Origin: Nitrososphaeraceae archaeon
GTDB lineage: Archaea > Thermoproteota > Nitrososphaeria > Nitrososphaerales > Nitrososphaeraceae
Assembly: GCA_044870765.1 (NCBI GenBank)
Contig: JBIOZG010000005.1
Location: 1-64,000, forward strand
Direction: 5' to 3'
DNA: 64,000 nucleotides
The notes under the pieces were generated by a model, which saw only the letters and a program-made list of their open reading frames with translations, did no database searches and was not told the DNA's origin. Every line of letters starts with the position of its first letter. The stretch's first letter is position 1. The position numbers were made by a program, and so were the translations under genes. This document shows, one piece after another, positions 1 to 9,290 of this stretch.

Positions 1-85
1 TATCAAGCATAAGCATATTGATAATGGAAAATCGTTGAGAAATTTACACAACTCCGCTGAATTTCTGGCCTTTCGCAAGAAGTGA
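1..85 (+). CDS. possible 3' end of a gene entering from the left edge (..IKHKHIDNGKSLRNLHNSAEFLAFRKK*)
   Basis: Open frame from base 2 to TGA at 83-85; protein-like composition, no recognisable motif. Confidence 0.3.
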   Translation, partial: IKHKHIDNGKSLRNLHNSAEFLAFRKK

Positions 86-219
86 ATTTGTTGGCTTGGA
101 TACTGCAAGCCTCACCCATGCATTCAATCCTGACTTTATTCAATCCATTTATCATATCATATCATTCTCAAAACATATAGGCAAGCCATTCAATGTAGTA
201 TTGAGAGGTCGCATTTAGG

Positions 220-1647
220 TTGTCACTGGATTTTAAGAAGATGATTGAAATACTCCTTGAACAGAAACCAGATATCAAATTAGAACAGTTAAAAGAGCTA
301 ATAGAAGAAAAAAAGAGAAAGATAGGCGCTGGTTACTTGACTGACCAGGGCGCTCTCTTTCTTGTAGCAGCCGATTTAGGAGCATCATTTGATAATGTGC
401 AACGTACGAAACGAGGAATCAAAGATCTTTACATCGGCGCAAGGGATCTGGATTTGATAGTACGACTTCTTGGCGCTTATCCAATAAGAGCTTTTATGAA
501 AAAAGACACAAACGAGAGGATTGAAAATAGAACAATCTCAGTTTATGACGCAGGAGGAAGCATAAAGGTAAGGCTATGGGATAATCTGACCCATGTCATT
601 GAAGAGAATGGAATAAAGCCAGGGGATTTGATACAAATAAAAAACTGTTATGTAAAGAGTGCCCTCAATGGAAAACCAATAATTAATATTGGTGAAGGAG
701 GGGATATAATAGCTTATAGTGGTAACGATACTACTATCCCAGATCTAGAAGGAATCACATCAAATGTTGACAGTGTCCGATCAGAAAAAGAAAATGCAGT
801 TATATCAGGAATAGTGAGTTCTATTCCAAGAATAATTGAATTTTCTGACTCACGGGGGGAAAGGAAAAAATCATTACAAACAATGTTATCTAATGAAACT
901 GGCGACAGAAAGCTACGTGTTGCCCTTTGGAATATTGACGAAGATAATTTGCCCAAGTTTTTTCAAGTAAATATGCCAATTAGAATCATTGGGGCACGAA
1001 TAAAGGAAGGTAACCCACAGTACGGGAACGGAGATTTTGAGATTCATGGTGACGAAGGTACTGTCATTGAATTAAGGGAAAGTCCTCAGGATTATGAGGT
1101 GCATTCGATTCGAATTATCTCCGATGGAAGACCTGAAAATGAAAGCGTCAATTATATTGGAATAGATAAGAACAAAAACTTGGTTTATGTTACCTTGGAG
1201 GGACTAAAATCAGACAAGGTGGCTTCGAATTCTGTAATAGACTGTATCCCAAGCAGAATATTTGGAAATATGGTATTTCTTAAAGAAGACTCCTTTTTAG
1301 AACTCGTAGAAAATGATTCATTTCCTAGAGTCGAAGAATGTATTTCCAAAATAAGAGAAATTCAGATAGTTGGCAACTCCTACATAGTAGAATCAATTGT
1401 TTTACAACAGCCAAATAGTGCACAAGTGAATACGAAGAATGGTGAGCTGATTTCCGTTACTGATACTTTGATTGGGGATGATACGGGTGAAATTAGGCTA
1501 GTTGGTTGGAGGGATAGCAGCTATGAACTTGAAAAGTTGAAAGTTGGCGACAGAATAAGGGTTATGGGAGCTGTCCTAAATACTGGCAGGGAAGGAAAAC
1601 TAGAAATGACATTGAGAAAAGATTCGTCCATAAGTAACCTTTTGTAA
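220..1647 (+). CDS. rpa: Replication protein A / multi-OB-fold ssDNA-binding protein
   Basis: Repeated OB-fold motifs (YDAGGSIKVRLW, NETGDRKLRVALW, GDDTGEIRLVGW) and N-terminal helical segment GYLTDQGALFLVA typical of archaeal RPA. Confidence 0.88.
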   Translation: MSLDFKKMIEILLEQKPDIKLEQLKELIEEKKRKIGAGYLTDQGALFLVAADLGASFDNVQRTKRGIKDLYIGARDLDLIVRLLGAYPIRAFMKKDTNERIENRTISVYDAGGSIKVRLWDNLTHVIEENGIKPGDLIQIKNCYVKSALNGKPIINIGEGGDIIAYSGNDTTIPDLEGITSNVDSVRSEKENAVISGIVSSIPRIIEFSDSRGERKKSLQTMLSNETGDRKLRVALWNIDEDNLPKFFQVNMPIRIIGARIKEGNPQYGNGDFEIHGDEGTVIELRESPQDYEVHSIRIISDGRPENESVNYIGIDKNKNLVYVTLEGLKSDKVASNSVIDCIPSRIFGNMVFLKEDSFLELVENDSFPRVEECISKIREIQIVGNSYIVESIVLQQPNSAQVNTKNGELISVTDTLIGDDTGEIRLVGWRDSSYELEKLKVGDRIRVMGAVLNTGREGKLEMTLRKDSSISNLL

Positions 1648-1774
1648 CTGAATGCAACATCCGTCCAGTAGATTGATTACATACTTTGGATCATCGAATA
1701 AATTATTCCAATGACTTTGTTACTCATTGACCACGATGCTAACAAGTATTTACTAGATCATTTGAGTAGAATAT

Positions 1775-2512
1775 TTACCCTTCGCAACCCACGCCATCGC
1801 TATCAGAATCAAATCCGTGGGAATCTGGTGGCAGCACCTTAAAGTTTCTGAAGGGTATATCAGCACAGCTTAGCTTTTCAGAATAAGTTGTAATACAGAT
1901 ATCAGGGTACGATGGATCACATCCATCGCTGGAACCAACATCTGACTCAGAAGTCTGAGCTTTCCTTTCATCGTTGGTTTGATTTTGATTCTGATTTTGG
2001 TTTGTTTCATTCTGCTGATCCTGCTGACGCTGCTGCTCACTATTATTCTCTGCTAGCTGCAATTCTTTTTGTTGCACAGCTTCCTCAGAGCTACTTTGAT
2101 TTTGGTTTGTTTCATTCTGCCGATCCTGCTGACCTACATTTTCATTATTGCCATCAACATATTTTTCCTTAAAATAATTCGTATTCTCAAAGCACCTTAC
2201 GATTTCGTAATCTCCAAGTTTTTCTCCTACTTTGTCTGCCAGATCAATGCATCTTCTTAGGTCTTCTTTCGCGTTCTTGTAAACACTAGAATCTTTAAAT
2301 TTATCATAATTCATTTTGTCGTCATCTTTATCACCATTTCTTATGTCCTTAACCAACTCTTTCATGCTTTCATAATCTCTCCAAATCCCTTCTACAGCGT
2401 ATGCCTGGGAATTACTGACGAAAATAGAAATGATAGAAAAAGCAATGAACAGAATATAAAAGATGTGAAATTTCATTATATCTCCCGCTGCCATATTGTA
2501 TAATAGCACCAT
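1775..2512 (-). CDS. Secreted/membrane-anchored protein with Q/N-rich linker and C-terminal Excalibur-like Ca-binding domain
   Basis: Hydrophobic N-terminus ending AYA; QQQDQQNETNQNQ repeats; C-terminal CDPSYPDICI...C...DSHGFDSDSDGVGCE (DxDxDGxxCE). Confidence 0.75.
   Translation of the reverse strand: MVLLYNMAAGDIMKFHIFYILFIAFSIISIFVSNSQAYAVEGIWRDYESMKELVKDIRNGDKDDDKMNYDKFKDSSVYKNAKEDLRRCIDLADKVGEKLGDYEIVRCFENTNYFKEKYVDGNNENVGQQDRQNETNQNQSSSEEAVQQKELQLAENNSEQQRQQDQQNETNQNQNQNQTNDERKAQTSESDVGSSDGCDPSYPDICITTYSEKLSCADIPFRNFKVLPPDSHGFDSDSDGVGCEG
1992..2133. repeat. 37-bp direct repeat (1992-2028 and 2097-2133, one mismatch) inside the Q/N-rich linker
   Basis: tgattttggtttgtttcattctgc(t/c)gatcctgctgac occurs twice, 105 bp apart (in frame). 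Confidence 0.9.
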
Positions 2513-2885
2513 TACAAATAAAGATTTGAATCAAAGAATCTAAGTATTTCTCGATGGAAATCATATATATTATCGTGGTAGATTTGACAGCCACTAGATG
2601 TGTGAGATTCTATTTGAAGTGGAATCTCCTGATTGTGAGCGGTTCAAAGTAGATGAATGTGTTCTTTCAATATAGTTCAATGCGAATATCTTAACTAATC
2701 CATTTTTTTCCAGTTTTAAAATATTAATTGCATTTTACTGTGAAGTCCCTACCAACAAATAATTGTAATACCCGTTGTTACATACCGAAAGTCTAGTCTT
2801 CTATAACAATCTTAGAAAATATTGATATCTCCCAAATGTGTTGTATAAATAAATACGGGCTTGGCAAAATGAGGACTAGTATTGG

Positions 2886-2905
2886 TACAGTATCATGATA
2901 CTGTA
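2886..2905. promoter_or_regulatory. Perfect 20-bp palindrome, candidate operator
   Basis: tacagtatca|tgatactgta is its own reverse complement; it lies between two divergent paralogous genes. The regulatory role is inferred. Confidence 0.4.
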
Positions 2906-3120
2906 AATGATGACAGCGCGCACCATCTCCAAGACTCCTCCTTTACCCAAGTCCATTTCAAGTATTTTGCAATTTGTTGGACTTGGTAATGATCATACAG
3001 TCGAATCGGCTACCTGGATAGAACCAGGTCTCTCCCGATTAATCGCATTGACGGATCCACATAAGCCTTGCTTAAATTAGATCCTCAAATGTTAATAGTT
3101 GAGAGATAATCGGAATATCG

Positions 3121-3502
3121 ATGAATATGAAACAACAATCAACAACCAAATTCTTACAAGTGGTAGGGATTATTGCATCTGTTACCAACATTCCCTTACC
3201 TATACAAGGACTTCATAAAGAAACTGCACTGCTCAAAAAATATGATAAGCTGGAAGATTTAGTGAATGATATAAAACATGGTAAAGTGAATTTTAAGAAA
3301 TATAGGAATAATTATAGAATATCTCCTACGGTAATGAAGGATTCGCAGATATACAAAGGGGCCGACAAGAATGTACAAGACTGCATAAATTTTGCTGGAA
3401 GTATTGGAAATAATTTAAGGTGACCGTGAAGTAGTACATCGTTTTGATGATTCAAATTATTACAAAAACAAAAACTACAATGCTAACAATACAAGTTTTT
3501 AA
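3121..3502 (+). pseudogene. Frameshifted paralog of the N-terminal domain of 1775..2512
   Basis: YDKLEDLVNDIKHG..KDSQIYKGADKNVQDCINFAGSIGNNL aligns with YESMKELVKDIRNG..KDSSVYKNAKEDLRRCIDLADKVGEKL. Removing one A at 3417-3418 continues GDREVVHRFDDSNYYKNK (cf. GDYEIVRCFENTNYFKEK) to TAA 3500-3502. Confidence 0.8.
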
Positions 3503-3699
3503 TAATCCATTTACTTGCTGGTCTTGGATTGAAATACGATGGTTGCCAAGTTTTAGTAACATCTAAAGAAGATTAGAGTAATCGAAATACATAGTAAATC
3601 TTCATTGATAGTATATTCACATAATTTAGACTTATTCAATTGTACCCATCAGCTTTTCAATCGACTACAGATTAGCAAGTATATAAAACTCATCGTTGA

Positions 3700-6456
3700 T
3701 TATCTATCATTCCAAAATCCTCTAGTGGTAACGTATTGTCTTTCCGCATCGTAAATATTCTTGTAGAGGTTCTCATCGTCAACATAGTTGCGGAGTATCC
3801 GTGCAGCAGTTTCAACTCCTATTCCATACCCAGATAATACTGTTAACGCCTTCTTTCCAAAATTATTAATCAATGACGCAGTTTTCCACGCCCTTTCGAA
3901 TTTATGATTCTGTTCAGAATTAATCTGCGATCCTGATAATTTATTCAGTATTATTTTTGAAAGCTCATAATCGGAGGAAAATGTAGTCGTAATCAATCGT
4001 GAACCACATAATTTGCAGGAAATCGATCCGACCACCTCTCTTGTTTCAACCAGTCTTTCCCATTTGCCACATCTTATGCATATTAGACGATGTTTAGTCT
4101 TATCGAGTCTTTCCTTGATAAGTTCCAAGACTCCACGCTCAATACTTACTGGGGAGGACGACGCTTTTGAATGATGTTCTATAATACTCTGAGCCAATGG
4201 TGAGAATTGTTGTAAATCAAGCCAGTGTATTGAGATTTCTTTGTTTCTTATTTTTCCAAGAATTTCTTGTGTCCCTTTGATGTCAAACTTATCATGAGTT
4301 AATTCTCTTATTGACTCTTTACTAATTGGCGTCTTAGAGTATCTATCGTATATAAAACGCGCCAATCTTTTATCATAAATTGCGTTTTTGTCTATGAGAC
4401 CAAACTTCTTTGATACAGTCCAAACTCTCCAATTAAGATTATACGTATTAGTTAAAGAAGTAATGAGTATGGCTTCGACATCATACTCGTCGTACAATAT
4501 CTTTTCTATATTTGCTCTGGAAAGCCTAACAGAGGAGCTCAAGAGAATTCGATAGGGGTCTGACTTTGTTTCTACTAGGTGTCCAATATATGAGGCGAGG
4601 AACGTTGAAAAAAGAGAAGATAGGGTATTGTTGACTTTCGTACCAAAAGTTGAATGGACTACAACAGCATTTCTAGAGATTACGCCCTCTATTACTATAT
4701 TTTGGAAATCCGGAACTATGGGAATTTTTTGTAAGATGTCCTTTATATCTGATTGAAGCTTAAAGTTATTTTGATCAAGCGCTTTGTTTCTGAGATTTCC
4801 AACTTCCCTAGCGGTCTCTTGATCCACTGGTATCATTTCGCCAACCCAATGAGGTATATTTATTGGAGATCCAAAAACTTGTTCTACGTTAACCTGCAAT
4901 TTGTTCTCATCCACACTTATTATTCTCCACTGTGTTCCTTTCAAGATAAACACGTTTCCCCTTTCACCAAATTCGCCGATAAATTGTTGATCCAGAGTAC
5001 CGATTCTCTTTTTTCTTATTACATCGATAACTTCAAACTTTACTATGTTTGGTATAGTCGAAATATTTTCAAAATAATATTTGTATGATTTTATTCTTCT
5101 TGCGTATGTTTGACTTTTTGAATCATACTTGATAATTCTAAAGCTATCCAACAAAACAGCGCATTGTTCCACTTCCAAAAAAGTAAGGTCTTTAAAAGGA
5201 AACGCTCTTGAAATAGTTTGATAAACGTCGCCTAATTTTTTTGGTTCTGAAGATGATATTACAGATCCGACAAGATGATGTGATAGGACATCTAATGAGT
5301 TAGTATGAGGTTTCTGAATTTCTATTGATCTTTTCCTCATTCTATTGATAATAGATAAGGATTCAAGTTCATCATCTGCGCTATTTACTATTATTAATCC
5401 CTTGGCGGACTTATAATTGACATGTCTGCTTCTTCCTATCCTTTGAACTAGTTTTGAAACCTGTTTTGAAGATCCATAATGAATTACCAATTCTACAGAT
5501 CCAATGTCCAGACCTAATTCCAACGAAGATGTGCACACAACTATACCCGTTAGGCCATCCCTGAGTTTACTCTCAGTTTCTTCGCGTGTTTCCTTAGAGA
5601 GAGATCCATGATGTACTTCAACTGGGATATCGTTTTGATTTCTTATTGTTGTACCTATGTATTCAGCTTCATCTCTAGTATTTGTGAATAATAACACTGA
5701 TCCACAAATCTTGTTATCCTTGAGATAGTTTAGCACGAATTTGGCTACGTTGCTTATAGGGCCATTTAGATATTTTACATCAATGTCGTAATCTCTAATT
5801 GTATTATCTACAAGAATGGAGCATTTTCTATTCCTGCCGCTAATAAAATTTGCAGCATCCTTTAAGTTTCCAATAGTTGCAGACAGGCCTATCCTTACTA
5901 CATTGTGGGAACTTAGGTCCTGCAAACGTTCGAGGCTAACCGTCAAGTGGGTACCTCTTTCATTCCCTATTAGTTCGTGGACTTCGTCAACGATGACCCA
6001 TCTGAGGTGTTTGAGAAAAGATTTGAATTTATCCTGCGTTAGGATTATTCCTAATGATTCAGGCGTGGTTATGAGAATGTGAGGTGGTTTTTGTATTAAC
6101 TTCTGTTTTGCTGTTCTTGTTGTATCCCCATGTCTTATTCGAGCATCAAGATTCCTTTTTTTTGCATAGCTAATTATTCTTCGAAGTACATCGTTATTGA
6201 GGGCTCTTAGCGGGGTAATATAGAGTACAAGTATTGCATTATCATTTACAAAATCAACATTCTTTTTTCGTTCATTCTCTAGCTGAGAAAATATTGGAAT
6301 AATTGAGGCTTCTGTTTTTCCAGAGCCCGTCGGAGCAACAAGGAGACAATTTTGCTTATGAGTTATTACTGGGGCAGAAATTTTTTGGATCTTAGTTAAA
6401 TTTTGAAAACCCTCATTTCTGAAAGAATCAATTATATTTTCATCAATGACACTCAT
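3700..6456 (-). CDS. lhr: Lhr-family SF2 helicase
   Basis: APTGSGKT, ITPLRALNND, DEVH, IGLSAT, TSSLELGLDIG, QRIGRS; C-terminal CxxC..CxxC; 918 aa. Confidence 0.93.
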   Translation of the reverse strand: MSVIDENIIDSFRNEGFQNLTKIQKISAPVITHKQNCLLVAPTGSGKTEASIIPIFSQLENERKKNVDFVNDNAILVLYITPLRALNNDVLRRIISYAKKRNLDARIRHGDTTRTAKQKLIQKPPHILITTPESLGIILTQDKFKSFLKHLRWVIVDEVHELIGNERGTHLTVSLERLQDLSSHNVVRIGLSATIGNLKDAANFISGRNRKCSILVDNTIRDYDIDVKYLNGPISNVAKFVLNYLKDNKICGSVLLFTNTRDEAEYIGTTIRNQNDIPVEVHHGSLSKETREETESKLRDGLTGIVVCTSSLELGLDIGSVELVIHYGSSKQVSKLVQRIGRSRHVNYKSAKGLIIVNSADDELESLSIINRMRKRSIEIQKPHTNSLDVLSHHLVGSVISSSEPKKLGDVYQTISRAFPFKDLTFLEVEQCAVLLDSFRIIKYDSKSQTYARRIKSYKYYFENISTIPNIVKFEVIDVIRKKRIGTLDQQFIGEFGERGNVFILKGTQWRIISVDENKLQVNVEQVFGSPINIPHWVGEMIPVDQETAREVGNLRNKALDQNNFKLQSDIKDILQKIPIVPDFQNIVIEGVISRNAVVVHSTFGTKVNNTLSSLFSTFLASYIGHLVETKSDPYRILLSSSVRLSRANIEKILYDEYDVEAILITSLTNTYNLNWRVWTVSKKFGLIDKNAIYDKRLARFIYDRYSKTPISKESIRELTHDKFDIKGTQEILGKIRNKEISIHWLDLQQFSPLAQSIIEHHSKASSSPVSIERGVLELIKERLDKTKHRLICIRCGKWERLVETREVVGSISCKLCGSRLITTTFSSDYELSKIILNKLSGSQINSEQNHKFERAWKTASLINNFGKKALTVLSGYGIGVETAARILRNYVDDENLYKNIYDAERQYVTTRGFWNDR

Positions 6457-6585
6457 TCAGCTTCTCGATTTTTCTGCCTCTGCATCTTGATTCGTCTTTG
6501 TTCTCATTTTTTCGTAGAATATAGTTGCAACCAACCCAACTATTAATAGTCCAACTGCGAGCTGAACTAAAGTATCAAAATTCAT
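6457..6585 (-). CDS. 42-aa single-TM small protein abutting the lhr start
   Basis: MNFDTLVQLAVGLLIVGLVATIFYEKMRTKTNQDAEAEKSRS*; its TGA is directly followed by the lhr ATG; TTTATAAA about 30 nt upstream. Confidence 0.65.
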   Translation of the reverse strand: MNFDTLVQLAVGLLIVGLVATIFYEKMRTKTNQDAEAEKSRS

Positions 6586-6677
6586 TGTTGTTTACTAAAA
6601 CACACATTTCTCATTTATAAATCGATTGTAATTTAATAGACCATTGCAGATTATGAGTCAGGTTCAGCACAAGACAA

Positions 6678-6870
6678 TGAATTAGTTTTATACTTTTCTG
6701 GCAGGACGGCCAATGATGTTATACTGATAGAAAAATACCATGGGGTCCTCTTATTATATAAAGTAGGTTATGTGAAAAATGCTTGAGTTTTGATAAACAA
6801 ATCATCTAGGGATGAAAAAAGAATGGCTTTAAAAAAATTATCTGCACATTTAGAAAGTCATTCTACCTGA
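6678..6870 (+). pseudogene. Degraded remnant of a small ClpX-type C4 zinc-finger protein
   Basis: Fragments in shifting frames: FYTF/SGRTANDVILIEKYHG, LCEKCL, LINKSSRDEKRMALKKLSAHLESHST*; resembles CxFCGR...ICxxC. Confidence 0.35.
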
Positions 6871-6978
6871 GTACGCCGACTAGATCTGAAACTAAAGAAG
6901 AATTCAAATTAGACATATTACGTTGACTGGGGAGCATTCAATATTTAAGTCTGAATTTCATCATATCATATAACAAGG

Positions 6979-7890
6979 TTGACCTTTTATGATAAAATCC
7001 ATAAAATAAACAGGACAGTTTTCCTTTGGTTCAGAGCAATAAGGATAAAGTTTCTTCTTGCATCCGTTATTGCGGTAACCAATGGTATCGCCATCAATTA
7101 TTGGAAGTCAGGTGGGTTTGAGTTTGGTTACGCTTTACTAACCTATTTCGGTATCCTGTGTTTGCATATCAGTGTAGATTTGTTAAACGATTATTCAGAC
7201 TTTAAAAGAGGAATTGATACTAATACAAAAAGAACAAAATTCAGCGGCGGTACCGGTGTTATTCCCGAAAATCTGATAAATTCAAAATTGATATACTTGG
7301 CCGGGATAATTTTCTTAATTCTAGGGGGATTAATAGGACTATATTTTGTTACTATCAAAGGTATATTAATTGTAATTCTGTTAACCTTTGCAATCATTTC
7401 TATTTATTTTTATTCAACAAATATAGTGAACGCAGGTCTAGGAGAACTATTCGTCGCAATTAAGGGGTGCATGATAGTATTAGGTTCATATTATATTCAA
7501 AGCGACACAATTAATTTTACATCTGTCTTTGTTGGTATTATAGTGGGCCTATTATCGGCAGCGATACTCTTGGTAACGTCATTTCCTGATTATAATGCAG
7601 ATAAAAATAGCGGAAGACGCACATTAGTTATCCTCATAGGAAAAGAAAATTCGGTAAAACTCTTTGGCTTTATCATTGCTTTAACATATTCAATGATAGT
7701 TGGAGGCTCTATCATCGGCATAATCCCCATTTTTTCAGTTATGGGACTTTTGTCTATGCCATTTGCAATTAAGGCAGTATACAAATTGAGAAAATTTAAT
7801 GAATCAACTCAATTAGTTTCAAGCATGGGAAATTCAATAATTTATTCACGGCTTTGCGGGATCCTACTGGCATTGAGCTTTTTTATATGA
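6979..7890 (+). CDS. menA: UbiA-family prenyltransferase (MenA-like)
   Basis: NDYSDFKRGID and DYNADKNSGRRTL Asp-rich motifs; multiple TM helices. Confidence 0.8.
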   Translation: MTFYDKIHKINRTVFLWFRAIRIKFLLASVIAVTNGIAINYWKSGGFEFGYALLTYFGILCLHISVDLLNDYSDFKRGIDTNTKRTKFSGGTGVIPENLINSKLIYLAGIIFLILGGLIGLYFVTIKGILIVILLTFAIISIYFYSTNIVNAGLGELFVAIKGCMIVLGSYYIQSDTINFTSVFVGIIVGLLSAAILLVTSFPDYNADKNSGRRTLVILIGKENSVKLFGFIIALTYSMIVGGSIIGIIPIFSVMGLLSMPFAIKAVYKLRKFNESTQLVSSMGNSIIYSRLCGILLALSFFI

Positions 7891-7966
7891 AAATAAATGA
7901 AACCCTTTAGATCGTACTGTGAACCTGAACGTTACTATATGAGAAATGATATAATCAATTCAATGA

Positions 7967-8782
7967 GTGATAAAAATGGAACTTTCAGGTGAATCTGTCT
8001 TCAAAACCAGGTTAACGAAATTGCTGTCTACAAGTAAATTAGTAAAATCAATTTATTTCTTTGAAAATCTGGATTCGACGCAGGATTATGCAAACTTATT
8101 ACCGAATAACGATTCCCTTCATGGTACTTTAATAATTGCTAGGAGCCAAAAAATGGGTAAGGGTAGAATAGGCAGGCCCTGGATTTCACCACGTGGTGGA
8201 TTATGGATGTCGATTGCTCTTGTACCTGATTTTAGTATTGATAATCTTCTTTTCACTCAGTTTATTGGTGCACTGGCAGTTGCAGAAGCCATAAAGGAGA
8301 CGACAAAAATTAATTGCAGACTAAAGTGGCCCAATGATGTACTGATAAATGGAAAAAAAGTCTGCGGGATACTAGTAGACGTTAACCTAGAAAGTGAAAA
8401 AAAGAAAATAATCATGGGAATAGGATTGAATGCAAATGTTGAGATCTCTTTGATAAATAATTCAATAAATGTCAATTCCAAGGCAACTAGCCTCAAAGCG
8501 GAATATGGTAACGATATTGATCTTGCTTATATTACCAACTCTGTTGTTCACAAAATTGAATACTATTACGATAATTTACTTAGGACTGGAAAAACTATGG
8601 AAATTTTGGATAGATGGAAACAAGAGTCCGATATTTTTGGAAAAAGAGCTATTGTTTACGATGGAACTCAAAAATTTTCAGGAGAAGTTATTGACCTAGA
8701 CAATAACGGATCTTTAATTATGAGATTAGACGATTCTTCAATAAAGAAAATAATCTATTATAGTAATGTTTCTTTTTTCTAA
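7967..8782 (+). CDS. birA: Biotin--protein ligase
   Basis: STQD, QKMGKGRIGRPWISP, LKWPNDVLINGKKVCGIL, GIGLN. Confidence 0.95.
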   Translation: MIKMELSGESVFKTRLTKLLSTSKLVKSIYFFENLDSTQDYANLLPNNDSLHGTLIIARSQKMGKGRIGRPWISPRGGLWMSIALVPDFSIDNLLFTQFIGALAVAEAIKETTKINCRLKWPNDVLINGKKVCGILVDVNLESEKKKIIMGIGLNANVEISLINNSINVNSKATSLKAEYGNDIDLAYITNSVVHKIEYYYDNLLRTGKTMEILDRWKQESDIFGKRAIVYDGTQKFSGEVIDLDNNGSLIMRLDDSSIKKIIYYSNVSFF

Positions 8783-8934
8783 ATACTTGCTAATATGACA
8801 ACTATCCAAAGTAATCTATGCGCGAAATTTCATTCTAATAATAGAAACTATATTAAATCAAATTTTTCACAGAATAATTCTGAATTTGGGAAAATGTTTC
8901 ATGCAAAGATTAACTATAGATAAAGTGAAAATCT

Positions 8935-9099
8935 CTAGTTTTTTTCTTCCAGTGTCATTTCCGTTGTCCTTCTCTCATCCTTTACGTATTTTTCACATCG
9001 ACAGGCATCCATCTCTGCAATGTGATGAACACATCTTCCTTTTCTATGCATATCCATCCAATGACAACTCACATCATGTCCGCAAATACAATTTGTCAT
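8935..9099 (-). CDS. 54-aa Cys/His-rich putative metal-binding micro-protein
   Basis: MTNCICGHDVSCHWMDMHRKGRCVHHIAEMDACRCEKYVKDERRTTEMTLEEKN*; CxCGHx4H..C..CxC pattern. Below the ORF-track cut-off. Confidence 0.65.
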   Translation of the reverse strand: MTNCICGHDVSCHWMDMHRKGRCVHHIAEMDACRCEKYVKDERRTTEMTLEEKN

Positions 9100-9290
9100 T
9101 CTATAAAATTTAATTTGAGAATCTTATCCATCTTTGTCAAATTTGTTAGTCTATTTGATACATTTTTGTCATACGAGTTATTGTTGAAACGCTTCTATGC
9201 ATACTTGAATAAACTTAGTATAAACTATGCTAGAATAATCTTTAGCGCTAATTTATCTACTAGAACTTTAATAATATTTATTGTACCTTA

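Noticed and set aside
50-125. GCTGAAT..GTGAAT with hairpin ggcttg/caagcc, faintly like a c-di-AMP (ydaO) riboswitch
   Set aside because: The other conserved elements of that motif are absent, and the region overlaps a probable gene end.
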